A stretch of 59,711 nucleotides of DNA, counting the filler, from Jimgerdemannia flammicorona (Eukaryota), in assembly GCA_003990765.1 (NCBI GenBank). It is 3 parts of 3 records of this genome, joined end to end, with 100 filler letters (N's around TTAATTAATTAA, not from the genome) between each part and the next. Parts side by side here need not be neighbours in the genome. Positions count along the whole stretch, not along the records: positions 39,877 to 59,711 come from RBNJ01001836.1; 2 more parts are not named here. One strand, given 5' to 3'. Positions 48,869-59,711 of this stretch are shown here, in pieces. Made by a program: the position numbers and the translations under genes. Each line of letters begins with the position of its first letter. The stretch's first letter is position 1. The notes under the pieces are model-generated. The model made no database searches and was not told where the DNA came from. It was given only the letters and a program-made list of their open reading frames with translations.

Positions 48869-49189
48869 ATTTGAATTGCTATTGTCTATTATAATATTAA
48901 ATAGATCACCTTTGAATTGACATAGATCTCTGACAAAATTCCTGCTGAATTCGCCTGATTAAGGGCTTTCTAGAAATATAGGTTTTAATGAATTTGGATG
49001 AATATTTGTGGAGCAAATTGACAAAATGTCCATGGGTCGTAGTTTAGGTTGACCTGAACCATGTCAACGGAAATGTGCATCAGAGAGGATTGGCAGTCAC
49101 ACAACATATAACAGTCACTTTGAACCCCCATAAGGTAGAGATTACAATTCCAAGCCACAGGACGTGGCAGTCCCGCCTTCTCTACTCTC

Positions 49190-49738
49190 ATGTCGGCAGA
49201 CCCGATAGTCTCCGCAGTCCCCAAAAAGCGAGCGAGGCCTGATGCAAAGGCCCACTCGGTGCACTATGTCGCAACGGACATCAACTCGCAAATGCACGAT
49301 CGTAACATATACAAGACGAACACGCCCGACTTTGCCGCTCTGGCGAAACAATACGAATCGTTTCGGCCATAGTAAGTCCCGATGGTTGCTGGTCGTTGGG
49401 AGGTCGACTCGCATATAAATATTAAAGGCCTACTCCTTTTTGTTACCAGTGTAAAATTTAGCGACAGAGATTTCAAGCCGTACATCGACTTCAAGAATGC
49501 AGAGGCTGTCCGGTATGTCATCTTTTCGAGTCGTATCGACGCATACATCCTTGACGATTAACTGATACTTCCGATCCACGATGCAGGGAATTGACTTACT
49601 GCCTCTTGCGCCAAGACTTTAACATAGAGATGGACATACCGCTAGACATGCTGTGCCCCACCGTTCCAAACAGGTATCTCCGATTCTCGTTACAATGTCT
49701 GTAGTCGTTCTCTCTCACGCCCCGCGCTCATTCATCGT

Positions 49739-49784
<46 letters not shown>

Positions 49785-51588
49785 TTAGGCTTAATTACAT
49801 CTTGTGGATCGAAGATGTAATCCAAAACGATCGCGAGGTTGGCCCGATCGTGCGCGGGATTGACATGTAGGCTTTACTCCGATGTTGTAGGGTTTGAAAT
49901 GTTATGGTTTATGAACTGACGACAGAATTCCATGGGGTATATATGACGCAGAGGTACCGGTGCGTCGTGCATATATCCGCTTCTCGGCTGCGCTATGAAT
50001 AAGCACTGGACATTTCTGGGCACCGGTGAGTGACCGCTCACATCTTTTCTAGGAGACTAACCAAAACAACCATCTCTCATAAAACGCGTTGTTCACGACA
50101 GACATAAATGATCGTTCGCTCACGTATGCCCGCGCCAACGTTGCGCGGAACGGTCTGGGAGATCAGATCCACTTATTCTTGAACAAAGACCCGGAGAAGG
50201 TGTTGCCGTTAGACGAGGTGGAAGGGCTGGACGCAGGGGCGAGGTGGGTTCTGTTTGCTGGTTTACATTCTTGGAAACCCAAAACGGTCAGGACAATCTC
50301 ATAGCTTGCTCGATCCTATCGAGCCTTGTTCATACAGGTACACTTTCTGCATGTGCAATCCGCCATTCTACGAAAGTCTCGAGCAATTAGAAGAGAGTGC
50401 TAACAACAAGGAACTGCCACCGTCGGCGGTAGGTTGTTTCAGCGGTTGATCTACGAAGTGCTGGTTGCTTGTTTGCTTCATCTGGACTCCAAAGTGCTTT
50501 TTTTTTTTTTTTTTTTTCCTTTCCCGCCGCAGGTTTGCACAGGCACCGAGAACGAGATGATCACCCCGGGCGGCGAGTTTCAGTTCATCATGCGGATTGT
50601 GCAGGAAAGCATGGTGCTGAGGGAACGGGTGCGGTAAGTTTGTGATTGTATTTGGCGTGTATTGTTGATAGATTGCGATTGCGATTTTTATTTTATTTTA
50701 TTTTTTTGTGCTGATTTACATGCCATTTTTGCAACAACGGTGCAGCTGGTACACGTCCACGATTGGACGGCGGGAGACGCTAGATAAGCTTGTGACGGAG
50801 TTGAAGACGCTCAAAGTGAGTTTTGGGCCCTGAATGTTGGCATTGGATAGAGGGAGGAAAGGTATGTCACCTTTGACATCTTGTAATGGCCTCGAATTTG
50901 AACGCCTTCTCCCAAAATTGTAGATCGACAACTATGTCGTGACTGATTTCTGTCAGGGCCGAACGCGGCGGTGGGGCATTGGGTGGTCGTTCGGCGACCA
51001 TCGCCCGCCGAGTTACAAAGTAAACAAGCTCTCATTATTTTCATGCCGATACTCCATTACAAACCCCCATACTTGTGCACTCATTGTCATTCTTTAACCC
51101 TCCAACAGACAACCTCCTCCGCTCCAATCTACAAGAAGCTCAAGCGCCTAGCCCCACCCACAACGGTCTTTCGCCTGCGCCTTTCGTACCCATCCACGGC
51201 AGTCCAAAGGGCGCTGTGCGCATTGTTCGACGCATTGGGGGCGCGGGCCGAGTGGGACGACGGGAAGGCCGAGTTTATTGGGAGGGTGGTGAGGAACACG
51301 TGGTCGAGGGCGGCGAGGAGGAAGAAGTTGGAGCAGGAGGAAGAAAAAGGTGGAGATAGGGAGGTGCTGTTCGAGTTTCGGTGCCAGATTTTGGAGACGG
51401 GAAGAAAAGATGATGCGGATGGGATTGCAGAAAAGGAGGAGGGGGGGGAAGGGACGGAGGTGGTGATGATGTGGACGGTGGGTAAGGATCGGGAAGTGTT
51501 TATGGGGTTTTGGAGTCACATTATGAAGAAGTTGGAGGAAAGGTTGGTTGTGGAGGGTGGCGAGGAAGCGAAGTCAACGAGGACATGA
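49190..51588 (+). CDS. METTL16: U6 snRNA m6A methyltransferase, METTL16/Mtl16 (RlmF family); about 11 exons
   Basis: MHDRNIY...PDFAALA, IDFKN.EAVR.LT, LCPTVPNRLNYILWI, GIDIGTGASCIYPLLG, FCMCNPPFY, PGGE.QF, WYTS, QGRTRRWGIGWSF, and a C-terminal NTWSRAARRK. Confidence 0.93.
49740..49784. repeat. (ATCGGCA)6 microsatellite in METTL16 intron 3
   Basis: Directly visible just upstream of the acceptor. Confidence 0.9.
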
Positions 51589-52037
51589 CTTTTTATTCGT
51601 TTTGCCATTTGGAAAGTCAATCGAGTCATAGAATCGAAGAATTCCACGCACAATTTGCTATTGATTGTTTCATGTCAATGTCGAGTCATAAGGACAATCA
51701 ATTAATGGCTTTGGGGATACTTTAATGATGAAAGATCGACGTAGATTCGCCGTTGACGATCCGGAGAAATATGGCAGATTCCACTTTATTTCGCGCGAGC
51801 GTTCTCACGACCCCTCAACAGGAAAGGGTATCGCTATGTGACATTAGTATGTAGTTCGAGAGCGCAAATAAGGGCAATTACTAGTTGTGGTATTGATGTT
51901 GTAGTTGGAAATTTCTAGGAACGACGTCGCGGCTCACGAGCCGGGCGCTGTATGTAAGGCTATGTACATGTACGAAATCCGTCAGGCATATTAGATACGG
52001 CTTTTACACTCCTCGAAAAGCATACAAAATGTATTCT

Positions 52038-52913
52038 TTATAGGTTTATGGGAAGGCGCAGCACGCTTCCTGTAGACGATTGGGATAACGAAGGCATTGT
52101 TAGCGATGTTTCCAAAAAATAAAAATAAAAATACAACTGAATCTACATATTAGAGAAAACTATGAGCGGAGCAAAACGCGTGCCTTTGTTTTGGACCGAG
52201 TAGAGGAAGGTGGTAACAACTTCGATTTCCTTGACGGGGATGGTGGAGAAGTGGCGCGTGACGGCAGAGACGAGCTCCTCGCGGGTCTGCTTTGCCTTAA
52301 TCTTGCTGATCTTGTTGATGCGTTTATACTTGCGCAGAGTCAGTACGTCCATCGTGTTGAAGTCGATCTGCGAATGACGGGGAGAGAAGAGGGATTCGAA
52401 TGAGTGTTTGGCGAAAAGGGTGAGAGAGGAGGGCGTGAAGTGTTAGCGGATATGTTGTGCTGGGGGTGCCCCTCTCTGGCATTGTTGGCCTGGTGGATTG
52501 TTAAAGGCTTGTGCAAAGTGTATAAAGTGCTTCATTCATTGTCGTAGAAGTCGTCTTGAGGTCCGAAAGTAACACAACGGCGGGGTTACTCCGCAGCTCG
52601 GTCCTGGACCTCCGGGTGAGGGAGGGGGGCGTGCGGTTTGAAGAGGCCCAGACGTAGCGTCGCCCATTTTTCAACAAATATTTGTTTCCCACCAAATAAA
52701 TTCTATAACAACCCCGAACGCCCCTTCGCAATCCCGCCACCTACTCACCGTCTGGAAGTCCTTCGGTGTGACGACCTCAGTGGTCTTGCGGCGCTTCTCC
52801 CTCTCGCGCTGGGGGTCGGCACCCTGCTTAGAGGTGGTGGCGACGCTGGAGCCGGCGGAGGAAGTAGCGGCGGCGGAGGGGATCCCGGTTGTGGTCTTTT
52901 GCTTGGAGCCCAT
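52038..52913 (-). CDS. SAP30: Sin3 histone-deacetylase complex subunit SAP30-like; exons 52913-52749, 52367-52184, 52069-52038
   Basis: IDFNTMDVLTLRKYKR...EELVSAVTRHF...VKEIEVVTTFLYSV matches the SAP30 Sin3-binding domain. The last intron has a GC donor. Confidence 0.85.
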
Positions 52914-53093
52914 GGGTGGGGGTGTGTGGGAGGGGAGGTGAAGGCGAAGAGAGTCGGGGGGGTTGGACACTCAGATGATTTCAATAGGAAATGGAAGTCC
53001 GGGGCTAGGTTGTGATTGGCTATCCTCTAAGCCATCCAACATAAGCCACCGGACCGCTTTCGTCCCGTTGTTTACTCGCCATATCCGATACGG

Positions 53094-53116
53094 ACGCGTA
53101 CATACTCATTACGCGC
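53094..53116. promoter_or_regulatory. MCB-like elements (ACGCGT, ACGCG) in the SAP30/TACC divergent promoter
   Basis: Two ACGCG cores 17 bp apart, with CCAAT boxes at about 53015 (minus strand) and 53211. Confidence 0.3.
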
Positions 53117-53255
53117 AATGTACAAGGACTTGTTTGCACAATCTCAATTCAAGGTATGTTATTACTCGGCAACATGATTTTTGGCACGAGCCTGGTTACG
53201 AGAAATAGACGCCAATTGCTTAACCGACTGGCAACACATAATCTTCCGCCGAAAG

Positions 53256-55293
53256 ATGGTCGGCGCGTATCCGATCGACGAAAAAGAGTCAGCAAATCCC
53301 GTGAGCGCACCAGAGCTGGAGAAGTTGACCAAGAGTTCGCAAGGTAGGCTAGAGAACCCCCTTCTGCGCCTTTTCCGCCATTTAAAGAGTACTATCGGTA
53401 ACCAGCCACCGATACCTTGTCACGATCTGACACTGACACATCTCACTCAATCCCCTTTCCGTATACACAGATCAAAGGCATGGCCCCACCTCCCTCCTCC
53501 CCACCGCCCGGCGCACCACACGGGCGCCCTTGACCAAAATTGACAACCACATCCGCGCCCCGCACCAGAAACTTTCCACCGCTTTGACGACCGCCACGAC
53601 CACCACGAAGACCAAGCGCCCATTGGAGAACGACTGGAACGTTGTGTGGACGGCGCCGGACGACAAGTCGGCGGTGGAGTCGGACGCACGACCGAGAAAG
53701 CGGCCGGCCAGGCACGCGAGGGCGGAGGAAGCGACGCTGCTTGATCTTTTGCCCAATACAATGCTGACGCCGCGGTCGGTGCCCAAGTACAGCGCGAGGG
53801 AGCTGGGGAGGGTCAGGCTGGAAAAGGAGAAGGAGGTAGGTATATTGGGTTTGTGGAGAGTTGCCATGGGGTATAGAAGGATGGGGGGTTGGAAGATGTG
53901 ATGTTGATAGTAATGGAAACTATGTCGGATCGATGCGATGTATTTGGGTCCAGATCGAGACAATACGATCGCAGCTTCAGGAACGGATTGATATCGAGCT
54001 TCAGGAGAAGGAGGTTATGAAGACGATCTTGGACGAGTTCGAGAAGATGCTTAATGCAGTTCACGGTATGGGTTTCCTTTTTCATTGGTTTGTTTTATAA
54101 TATTTGAACATACTTACGAACGTCTTATAAAGCACCGCCCATGACCATACCCAGACGACCATGAGGATGAGAGGAAGGAATGGGAGCGCCTGCGGCGCGA
54201 GTACGCCAAATCCAAGTCCGACATGGAGGACTCGTTCCACCGGTTAATGAAGAAGTACGAGAAGAAGAAGGGCGCGAATGAGCAGTACTGTAAGGTGAGA
54301 TCGGAGCATTCGTACTCGAAGGCAGGAGTTTCCGTGGCGGGCGGAGTTCAATTGAGAGAGGCGTCACTCTGAGCGACCTGGTTTACATCTCATGCGTCAA
54401 CGAAACTATTTGCAGAACGAGGAGCTGTTGCGCAAAACAATTGACATGCTCAAGGAGGACGCGGCGGTTCATCAGCATCGGTACGAGAAACTCAAGAGTG
54501 ATGCGGCCCAGAAGCTTGAGACGTGTTCTTTCATCGTCGATTATTTTTAAGTGGCAGTCTGATCGGAGGGTCAAAAATTAATTTTCCTCATGCAATCCTT
54601 TTCACAACCACGTCACAGCGCGGTGGCGGAAGTCGCCAAGGAGCGGGCGGACAACGAAAAGCACGTCTCCAAACTCGAGGTTTGCTAAACACACAAGATT
54701 ATTTTCGCACACCCCCCACATGATTGATCGACGTCATATCTGTAATTTGTCACATGTTTCGCTTCCGGCAGGCTCAGATCAAGGAAGTTGAAGCCAAAGT
54801 TCGGTCGCTTGAGCTACTGCTCGTGACCAAGGAGAAGCAACTGAAAGCCAAGGGTGAGCTGGCTCAGACCAATGAAGTCAAGGCTAAGGTCCAGTCGCTC
54901 GAACGGCAGCTCGAGGCCAAGGATAAGCAGCTGAAGGCCAAGGACGAGCAGCTGCTGGACAAAGAAAAGCAGCTAGAGGCAAAGGAGGAGCAGCTCCTGG
55001 CCAAGGAGGAGCAGCTCCTGGCCAAAGACGAGCAATTACTGGCCACGGAGGAGCGACTGGAGGCCACGGAGACCCAGCTGGAGAACAAGGAGGCGCAGTT
55101 AAGGGATAGGGAAGGGCAGCTTCGGGTCAAGGACGAAGAGAACCGGCAGCTGATAGCGTTCAGCGAGCAGGTAATGAGCTCCTTCGATTTTTTATACCAG
55201 TTTGTGGCAGTTGATAAGTCCCGTATTTGATATTAACACATCCTAATGCATAATCGACTCAAGGTTATCCTCGAGATGGAGCGGCTCAAGTGA
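53256..55293 (+). CDS. TACC-domain (transforming acidic coiled-coil, Alp7/TACC-like) protein; about 8 exons
   Basis: PKYS..EL, M..ILDEFEK, EDSFHRLMKKYEK.K...KNEELLRK...RYEKLKSDAAQKL, KV.SLE, KDEENRQL...VILEM* follow the TACC C-terminal consensus. Confidence 0.78.
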
Positions 55294-55518
55294 CGTGGTG
55301 ATGATGCGGGTCAGGACTTCACAAAACCTGCGACAGAAGACCAACAATCACGTGATTTTTTTTTTGGGGGAACAAACTCGAATGGTGAAAGAAAGATAAT
55401 ATTCCAATACATGATATTTTTTTCTCTCCCTTGGTCCATAATGTTCCATATGTCACTTGTTTGCTGTCTATTCTATTGTCGTCCAATGCCTATCCTTTCT
55501 GCGCATTGTTCGCCCGGT

Positions 55519-57202
55519 TTACACCCTCTCGAAGATCATGGCAATGCCCTAGACGAATGATGAATAGAACAGGCTCGGGGTCAGCAAAGAAGAGCAACAT
55601 CGACCATGACGAATTTGATTACACAAAATCCAACTGCAACCGTAATCGCCTCGTCCCAAACATACCTGACCGCCACCGATGCAAGCCGATCCAACAGCAT
55701 ACTTCTTCCTGGTCCTCTGTAGCTCATGCGTCAAATGCGCCACGATCCTTGCCCCGGATGCTGCCAGCGGATGTCCGATAGCAATCCCGCCGCCATTAGC
55801 GTTCGTGATCGCGCGGTCCAACCCAAGCTCCTTCTCGACAGCGAGGTACTGCGCGGCAAATGCCTCGTTGACCTCCACGATCTCCATATCTCCGAGCGAT
55901 AAATTCGCCCTCTTCAGAGCGCCCTGGATGGCGGTGACCGGGCCGATGCCCATGATGGACGGGTCGACACCCACGGCCTGCCAGCTGACAATACGAGCGA
56001 GAGGTGTAAGGCCGTGGCGTTTGACGGCATCCTCGCTGGCAACGATGACAGCCGCGGCGCCGTCGTTGATCCCTGAGGCGTTACCTGCCGTCGTTACACC
56101 GTTGGGTTTGAAGGCGGGTTTGAGCTTGGCGAGGGTGGCGGCCGTGGTTTGCGGGCGAGGGTGCTCGTCGAGGGCGAGGGATTCGACGCCCGCCTTGGTT
56201 TTGAGCTCGATTGGGACGATCTCGGCGTCGAAGCGGCCGGCTTGTTGAGCTGGGGTGGGGAGAGGCGGGTTAGCGGTATAGAATGGAGTTTCAATGAAGA
56301 CGAAGCACAAATGGGAGACCCCAGTGGTCAATACAGCGATTGGTGTACATACCAGCTGCATACCGCTGCTGACTCAACAGCGCAAACTCATCGCACTGTT
56401 CTCTACTAATCCCATACTTCTCCGCCAAATTCTCAGCTGTGATACCCATGGGGGTCTTGTTGGGGTACTGATCAATCAAGGTGGCGGCGAGCGAGTCCTC
56501 GAGTATGGGGTCGATGCCGTACCGCTGGCCCCATCGGGAGCTGCCGGAGAGGGTGTAGGGCGCCTTGCTCATGTTCTCGGCGCCGCCAGCCAGGACGATT
56601 TCGGACTCGCCTAGCTGGATCTCGTGCACGCCATTGATCACACTCTGGAAACCCGAACCGCAGAGCCGGTTCACCGTCAGCGCCGGGACGTGCACAGGGA
56701 GGCCCGCACGGTGGCTCACGTGACGGGCTAAGTAGGGGCCAGCGCTATTTTGGGGGGAGGGATTAATATTTGATTTTTGGGTTGTGATGGTGTGAAAATT
56801 GTGCGAAGATGGGATCATGGAGAGACATTTCATTTGCCGGTAATGCGGCCATACATACTTGTCGCTCTGGAGCACGTTACCGAAAATGACCGAATCCACA
56901 GGGAACTCCTTGGGCAACGAAGCGAGGGCAGCCTTCGCAGCGATACCGCCGAGCTCGCTCGCTGTTTTCATCGAATCGACGTGAAATTTAGAGCCCAATT
57001 CCAATGGATTCATAGGATGCATGTATACGACAGGCGTCCAACTAACCTGACATACTCCTCATCTTGCCCCCGAAGGTTCCGATAGGGGTCCTGTGTGGAA
57101 CGGATACAAGGCGGTGGTGAGGTTGGTGGCTAACGGCGAATAGGGAGCACTTGATTTGTTGTACCTCTTTGCTGAGACAATGAAAACTTGTCTGAAGGCC
57201 AT
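55519..57202 (-). CDS. ACAA2: Acetyl-CoA acyltransferase (3-ketoacyl-CoA thiolase, ACAA2-like mitochondrial type), multi-exon
   Basis: VFIVSAKRTP, TVNRLCGSGFQS, MGITAENLA, TAGNASGINDGAAA, VNEAFAAQ, GHPLAASGARI, SACIGGGQGIA. Confidence 0.93.
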
Positions 57203-57386
57203 GGTTCTTGGTTGGATCAAGACAGACAAAAGAGTGGATGCAACTGTCATGTAGATCTGGCTTGCGTCATACATAAATCAGGTAACGTGATGCAGTCGTC
57301 ATCTCCAAATGCCTGTCACCTACAACCACCTCATTCACCGACCTGTCTTTCAACCAACTCTACCTCTCACCTCTGCAACCACTAAA

Positions 57387-59711
57387 ATGGACATCGACCA
57401 CGATCAGGCCGACCACGATCAGACCGACGACGATCAGACCGACGACATTGCCCAGTTCTGCGCCATCACCAATGCCACCGCAGAAGTTGCCGTAGGTTAC
57501 CTGCGAGTGAGTATACCCCCCCCCCCCCCAAAAAAAAAAAAAAACTTCAAGTGAGGAAGAAGACCAAAAGCGCTCATTGAGATATAACAAATTGGCTCCT
57601 GACCACCTCTACATCTCCCCACTCTTTATTCGTTGTTAGGCTTCAGGCGGCAAGGTCGAAATGGCTATCCAGTTCTACCTTGAGTCTGAGATCGGTGATC
57701 CGTTCCCGTCCGTCCACTCGTCTAGACCCGCCGTTCATGTGCCGTCGCCAGCCCCTCGCAATATCTCGTCTTCCTTCGAGACCGACGAGGAGATGGCTCG
57801 CCGTCTGACTGAGGAGGATACCGACCGGGTTCGTGCACCTATTGCCCCAAAGAGGGAGGTACTGTTCGGCGGCGGCGGCCTGGCGGGCCTTCCCAGCGTC
57901 AGCGTCCCCGCGCTCTACGGTAACCTGGCACTCCCGGCTCACAGTACGAGATGTAAGTGGGTTGATTTTCTGTTCGTTGTGGGGTGGTGAACTTGTCATT
58001 GGTCGCCTTTTGGGCAGCAGCATTGCGAAAGGGGGGGGGGTACTCACAATAGTGCAACGCCTCCGTTTCTGCTCACGGAATTTATAGCCCGTACCGGAGC
58101 CACCCGCATTTTCAATCAGCAAGAGGCGCCAGGTTCTTCTAGCTCAGGACACGAAGCGTTCCGCGATTTCGCCGCTGAATCGGCTTCGTTGCAAGGTTGG
58201 TTAAGACGTGGATGGCCGCGGGAACAACATCCGTTTTTTAATATATATATACGTAACCCTCTTCAAGGCTATTAACGAACCAGTTATGCTCTCTTCTAAT
58301 CGCTTCACTCGGATCAAGAGACGAGAAGAACTGACAAGGCAAAGAGGCTTGCGGACCTCTTCCGTCCTCCCTTTGACATTATGTTCAAGGATGACTTTGA
58401 CAGCGTAAGTTCCCTATCGCGTTTTCAGATTCCATATTTCCTTTCCACCAGAGATTTTGGTTTGATTGCCACGCCCTCGCTCATTATTTCTCCTTCCTGT
58501 TGCCGGATGAACAGGCACGAAACAAAGCCCGCGCTGAAATGAAGTGGCTGATGGTCAATATCCAGAATGTTACTGAGTTCGCGTGCCAGGTGATGAACCG
58601 CGACCTATGGAGTAACCTTCCGGTGAAGGAGCTCGTGCGGGAGAACTTTGTTTTCATGCAGGTATGTGCGTCGCAGTTCTCCCATCGCTGCGTGTGCCAC
58701 GCCATGCTGTATTATTTGAAGATATGCCATGGATTATGGTCACTCAGCGATTTTATGCCATTCTGGCTCACTTACATTCATCTCCCGTGTTTACTCTTCC
58801 ATGATAGTATGGAAGCGAAAGCACAGAGGGTAAGAGGTACATTAACTTGTACCCGATCGACAACTACCCACATGTGGCCATCATCGACCCGAAAACTGGT
58901 ATGTGGCTATAAAGCTTTTTACTGGCATAATACGATTGGTAATGAACGATGGGAGAAGGAGAGCAGACGGGCACGCGTTGATTGATCTATGCTACTGTAT
59001 TTCCACTATCAAGCCGAACGCGTCAAGGTCTGGAATACCGTAATGGAGCCTATAGATTTTATTATGAGTGGTATTTTAATTGATTTCTTGTGGAAGGCTT
59101 CCCTTCATGATTGTGAAGGGCTGTATGACCTCGATATGATCTTGTTTTCATTGATCACATATTCACTCGGAAACAGTGACCGAATTTCTCGATAGCCCTA
59201 CCGCCTTCGCATCGCGAATGAAACTACCTGTGCCACCCAAGAAGAAGACCAGCAAGGTGTGAAAACAGTTCGATCGGATAGTCATATTGAGATGAATATT
59301 CAATTTTGAAGAATTGATAAAGCCTGATACCGATGAAACAACCGTCACCCTCGTAACGTATAAACCATCCTGTCACAACATCTCCATGACCAGCCACTTG
59401 CCGACATGACCGAAGAAGAGCAGCTAAACGCTGCGATCGCAGCCTCGCTCGGTGATGAACTGACCACGGAGCCCAAAGAGCATTCGCCCGTTATTCTCTC
59501 GGACGACGAGGAGGACGAGACGATGGACGATGGGGTGCTACTACCGCCGAGTCCAACCCCGGTTCTAGCCCCAGAGCCCGTCGTGATGTCGCCCTTCGAG
59601 TCAATCAAGCCGGTGAAGAGAGAGGAGCCCACTGACCTGAAGACATCGACCCGCATACAGATCCGGTTGACCGGTGAGCGTTAGTTGCGTGTCGGGGGGT
59701 TTTTTTTTTTT
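57387..59711 (+). CDS. UBX-domain p97/Cdc48 adaptor (UBX5/UBXN7-like: UBA-like, UAS, UIM, UBX); 3' end beyond the window
   Basis: IAQFCAITNA, VRAPIAPKREVL, LADLFRPPFDIM, KWLMVNIQ...EFACQVMNRDLWS, YPHVAIIDP.TG, TEEEQLNAAIAASL, TRIQIRL. Confidence 0.9.

Noticed and set aside
55679..56248. 189-aa plus-strand ORF
   Set aside because: Antisense to the conserved thiolase exon.
49190..59711. Functional gene cluster linking METTL16, SAP30, TACC, thiolase and UBX
   Set aside because: Unrelated housekeeping functions; no evidence of a shared pathway.

Overview
Eukaryotic, intron-rich DNA that looks fungal. The many short introns and the transposon repertoire suggest an early-diverging lineage such as Mucoromycota (inference). 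The window has three zones. (1) 1-7.4 kb and 15.3-49 kb are a nested transposon graveyard, strongly CpG-depleted and C>T/G>A hypermutated. It holds four L1/Tx1-like LINE copies, at least three Ty3/Gypsy elements (one with a dUTPase, two sharing an uncharacterised accessory ORF), a DIRS tyrosine-recombinase retrotransposon split by a Gypsy insertion, a Tc1/IS630-like transposase relic, a hAT MITE, and two N-gaps with artificial stop linkers. (2) 7.4-15.3 kb is a largely CpG-retaining island. It holds an intact 5-exon gene for a small secreted protein of two bacterial-type SH3b-like domains with no catalytic domain, and a mutated secreted-precursor gene with about 40 (K/R)K(D/N)(D/N)YY repeats. 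(3) 49-59.7 kb is a compact housekeeping cluster: METTL16-like m6A methyltransferase, SAP30, a TACC-domain protein with a heptad expansion, an ACAA2-type thiolase and a UBX5/UBXN7-like gene cut off by the window end. All family assignments come from motif recognition by eye; no searches were run.
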